DNA from: Chiloscyllium plagiosum
Taxonomy: Eukaryota
NCBI RefSeq assembly: GCF_004010195.1
Contig: NC_057719.1
Location: 18,869,159 to 18,933,158, forward strand
Direction: 5' to 3'
Length of the DNA stretch: 64,000 nucleotides
The position numbers and the translations under genes are program-made. Shown here piece after piece: positions 61,876 through 64,000 of the stretch; position 1 is the first letter of the stretch; each line of letters starts with the position of its first letter. Under the pieces are notes generated by a model. That model made no database searches. It saw nothing but the letters and a program-made list of their open reading frames with translations, and was not told where the DNA came from.

Positions 61876-61899
61876 TCGCTACTCACAGTGTGGTCTCCT

Positions 61900-62487
61900 C
61901 TACAGTGGGGAAATGAAGTGTAGACTGGGTGACGGCTTCGCAAAAAATAGCATGAGCTTCCAGTTGCCTGCCACTTTAACACACCACACTGTTCCTGAGC
62001 CAACATCTCTGTCTCAGGCTTACTGCAGTATTCTAATGAAGCTCAGTACAAGCTGGAAGAACAATACCACTTGGGAACCCTGCAGCCCTCTGGACTTAAT
62101 ATCAAGTTCAATAATTTTAGGCCCTGAACTCTCCCATATCCAAGCCCCCTACCCCACACACCAGGCCTTATTATCACATAGGCTGTCATTACACCTAACC
62201 TATTGTTAGCCACGAACAGTCTCCATTAACAGCTATTCACCTGCCTAGCCAGATCGTTATCTATTCCTTTGCATGTTCATCCGATCTTCTCTCTTGTTTA
62301 CTCCTTACCCCCTCCCCCCAACCTATCTTTTGTATCTTAACCAACATTTTCCAGCTACCATCAGTTCTGAGGAAGGGTCACCGGACCTGAAACATTATCT
62401 CTGATTTCTCTCCACAAATGCTGCCAGACCTGCTGAGCTTTTCCACCAACTGCTGTTTTTGTTTCTGATTTACAGCATCCGCGATTT
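61900..62487 (+). mobile_element. Penelope-like family C 3' part
   Basis: Homologous to 39384-39910; hammerhead-like agttCTGAGGAagggtcaccggacctGAAACATT at 62363-62396. Confidence 0.82.
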
Positions 62488-63219
62488 TATTTAGGTTGAA
62501 GGGTGTGTTGCTTAAAAAGGAGGCAATTGGGGTCTCAATATTAGGGTTCTTTGTATAATTGCACAATAAAGAATGGGTGAAATTAACCCTCTTGATAATT
62601 TTAGTTAAAAATGAGAAAAAGAATAAGAAACCATTTTATACTTGGCAGTTTCCTCTTGTTAAAATTATGTATAGGAGCTTTCCAATTGCAAAGAATTGTG
62701 GCTATTATTAGCATTGTTTTGTTTTAATCTGTCAGTTTTCCCATCTTATTTGTTTGGCTTAAATGAATTACAGAGTTTGCCTGCAAGGGAGTTGAACTGT
62801 TATCAATACAGATACAATCATAAAACTGTGAACGATTCAGCAGCAAGTGTATGTTAATTCAACCCCCTCACATTAGTAATCCTTTTCAAACTGCTATCCT
62901 CCCAAAGATGACATCAGGTTTCCATGTGTAAAGTTAAAAAAAACGGAAACCAAGATCAATAAACAAAAATAAATATCAATTGCAATTCCTAGTTATTTCA
63001 CTTTGCAAAGGACCCTTCTGACAGAGATTTTAGTTATTTAGTCTATTAATGTGCTTCAATCAGATTCATAGCAAAAAAAGCCTCTGAAAAGTTTTGCTTC
63101 TGCAAGAATCTTGTTGACTCCAGTTTCTAACAGTTCATATTAAACACATGGTAACCAGTCAACATGAGAAAAAAACAGACAGAAGCCACAATGCTATCCC
63201 GATAAATTTAATCGTATCC

Positions 63220-63480
63220 ATCTTGGTTCAGTGGTAGCTCTCTGGCCTCTGTGTTGGGAATAAAAAGTGACATGTTCTATAATGGGTGTGTGATCTGTGG
63301 TTTACTGCCTCCTAAGCAACGAAAATGAAAATTACTCTTATAATCTGGTCACTTATCTTATCACTGCTTATGGGACTTTGTGCTGTGCAGATTAGCTGTT
63401 GCATATCTCCCAGCACTTCAAAAGCACATGATTTGCCTGAAAAATGATTTTAAGCTGCTCTGTGAAAGCAAGCTCTTCCT
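63220..63480 (+). mobile_element. Decayed Deu-type SINE
   Basis: ttggttcagtggtagctctct head; atctggtcactt..gggactttgtgctgtgcagattagctg..cacttcaaaag tail. Confidence 0.55.
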
Positions 63481-63549
63481 TTAGGCTCTCTTCAGCCTTT
63501 AACTTTGCAGAGAATCAAATGCTGATGCGATATGTACACAGCTGAATGT

Positions 63550-63690
63550 AAAGTAAAGTCACCATAGTTTTACAAGACCATAGGGCTGCTCTCTTATTCG
63601 GGAGAGATGTCTGGCTGCTGGTTTAACCAAAAGCTAAACCCAAGGGAGAGATTGAGAATGAGAGTCCTTCATGGTAACTTCAACTAGTTG
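63550..63690 (-). mobile_element. tRNA-derived SINE fragment (family of 61690)
   Basis: aaagtaaagtcaccatag..agaccatagggctgctctc..gtccttcatggtaac. Confidence 0.7.
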
Positions 63691-64000
63691 GACGTCTGAA
63701 TATATCTGTAAGGGTGAAAACTTGAATATGTCTGTAAAGCAGAAAGGCTATTGCAAAGAAAAAGGAACGCATTACCAATGTATTGTATTGAACAGTTCAC
63801 AGAATAGTATCTGAATGTACATAAAGTCAACCGAGCGTGCTAGATTTCAGGAAGATCGATAGCCTAATATTTTTAAAGTTGGACCCTATCTAGTTTTCCA
63901 TCATTACATATTGAGGACTATGTGCTGCAGCCTTATACCATATCTCCCATGTTTACTTTCAGCTGAAATCCTTTTTGAAGAGTAAAAGATTAATCTTGCA

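Overview
This is non-coding, repeat-dense vertebrate DNA, almost certainly from a shark. HE1-type V-SINEs, CR1/HER1 LINEs and Deu-domain SINEs point to an elasmobranch, but I cannot name the species. I found no intact host protein-coding gene or convincing exon. The ORF track consists of decayed transposon frames or chance ORFs. The window holds many CR1 and L2/CR1-like LINE fragments, Rex1-like LINEs, a Tx1 3' end, and several tRNA-derived SINE families. It also holds a Gmr1-like Gypsy gag-pro relic, two solo-LTR copies, decayed Harbinger transposase and Myb/SANT genes, and a 304-N gap. The most striking structure is about 25 short insertions from roughly five Penelope-like element (PLE) families. 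Many carry minimal hammerhead-ribozyme motifs (CTGANGA-stem-GAAAC-GTC), are flanked by 7-18 bp target-site duplications (TSDs), and are often arranged as asymmetric inverted hairpins. The series includes 'tail-only' micro-insertions of 17-24 nt. Several repeat-free, TAAT/TGACA-rich blocks look like conserved non-coding elements, suggesting a gene desert or large intron. Family names come from motif recognition only; no database search was run.
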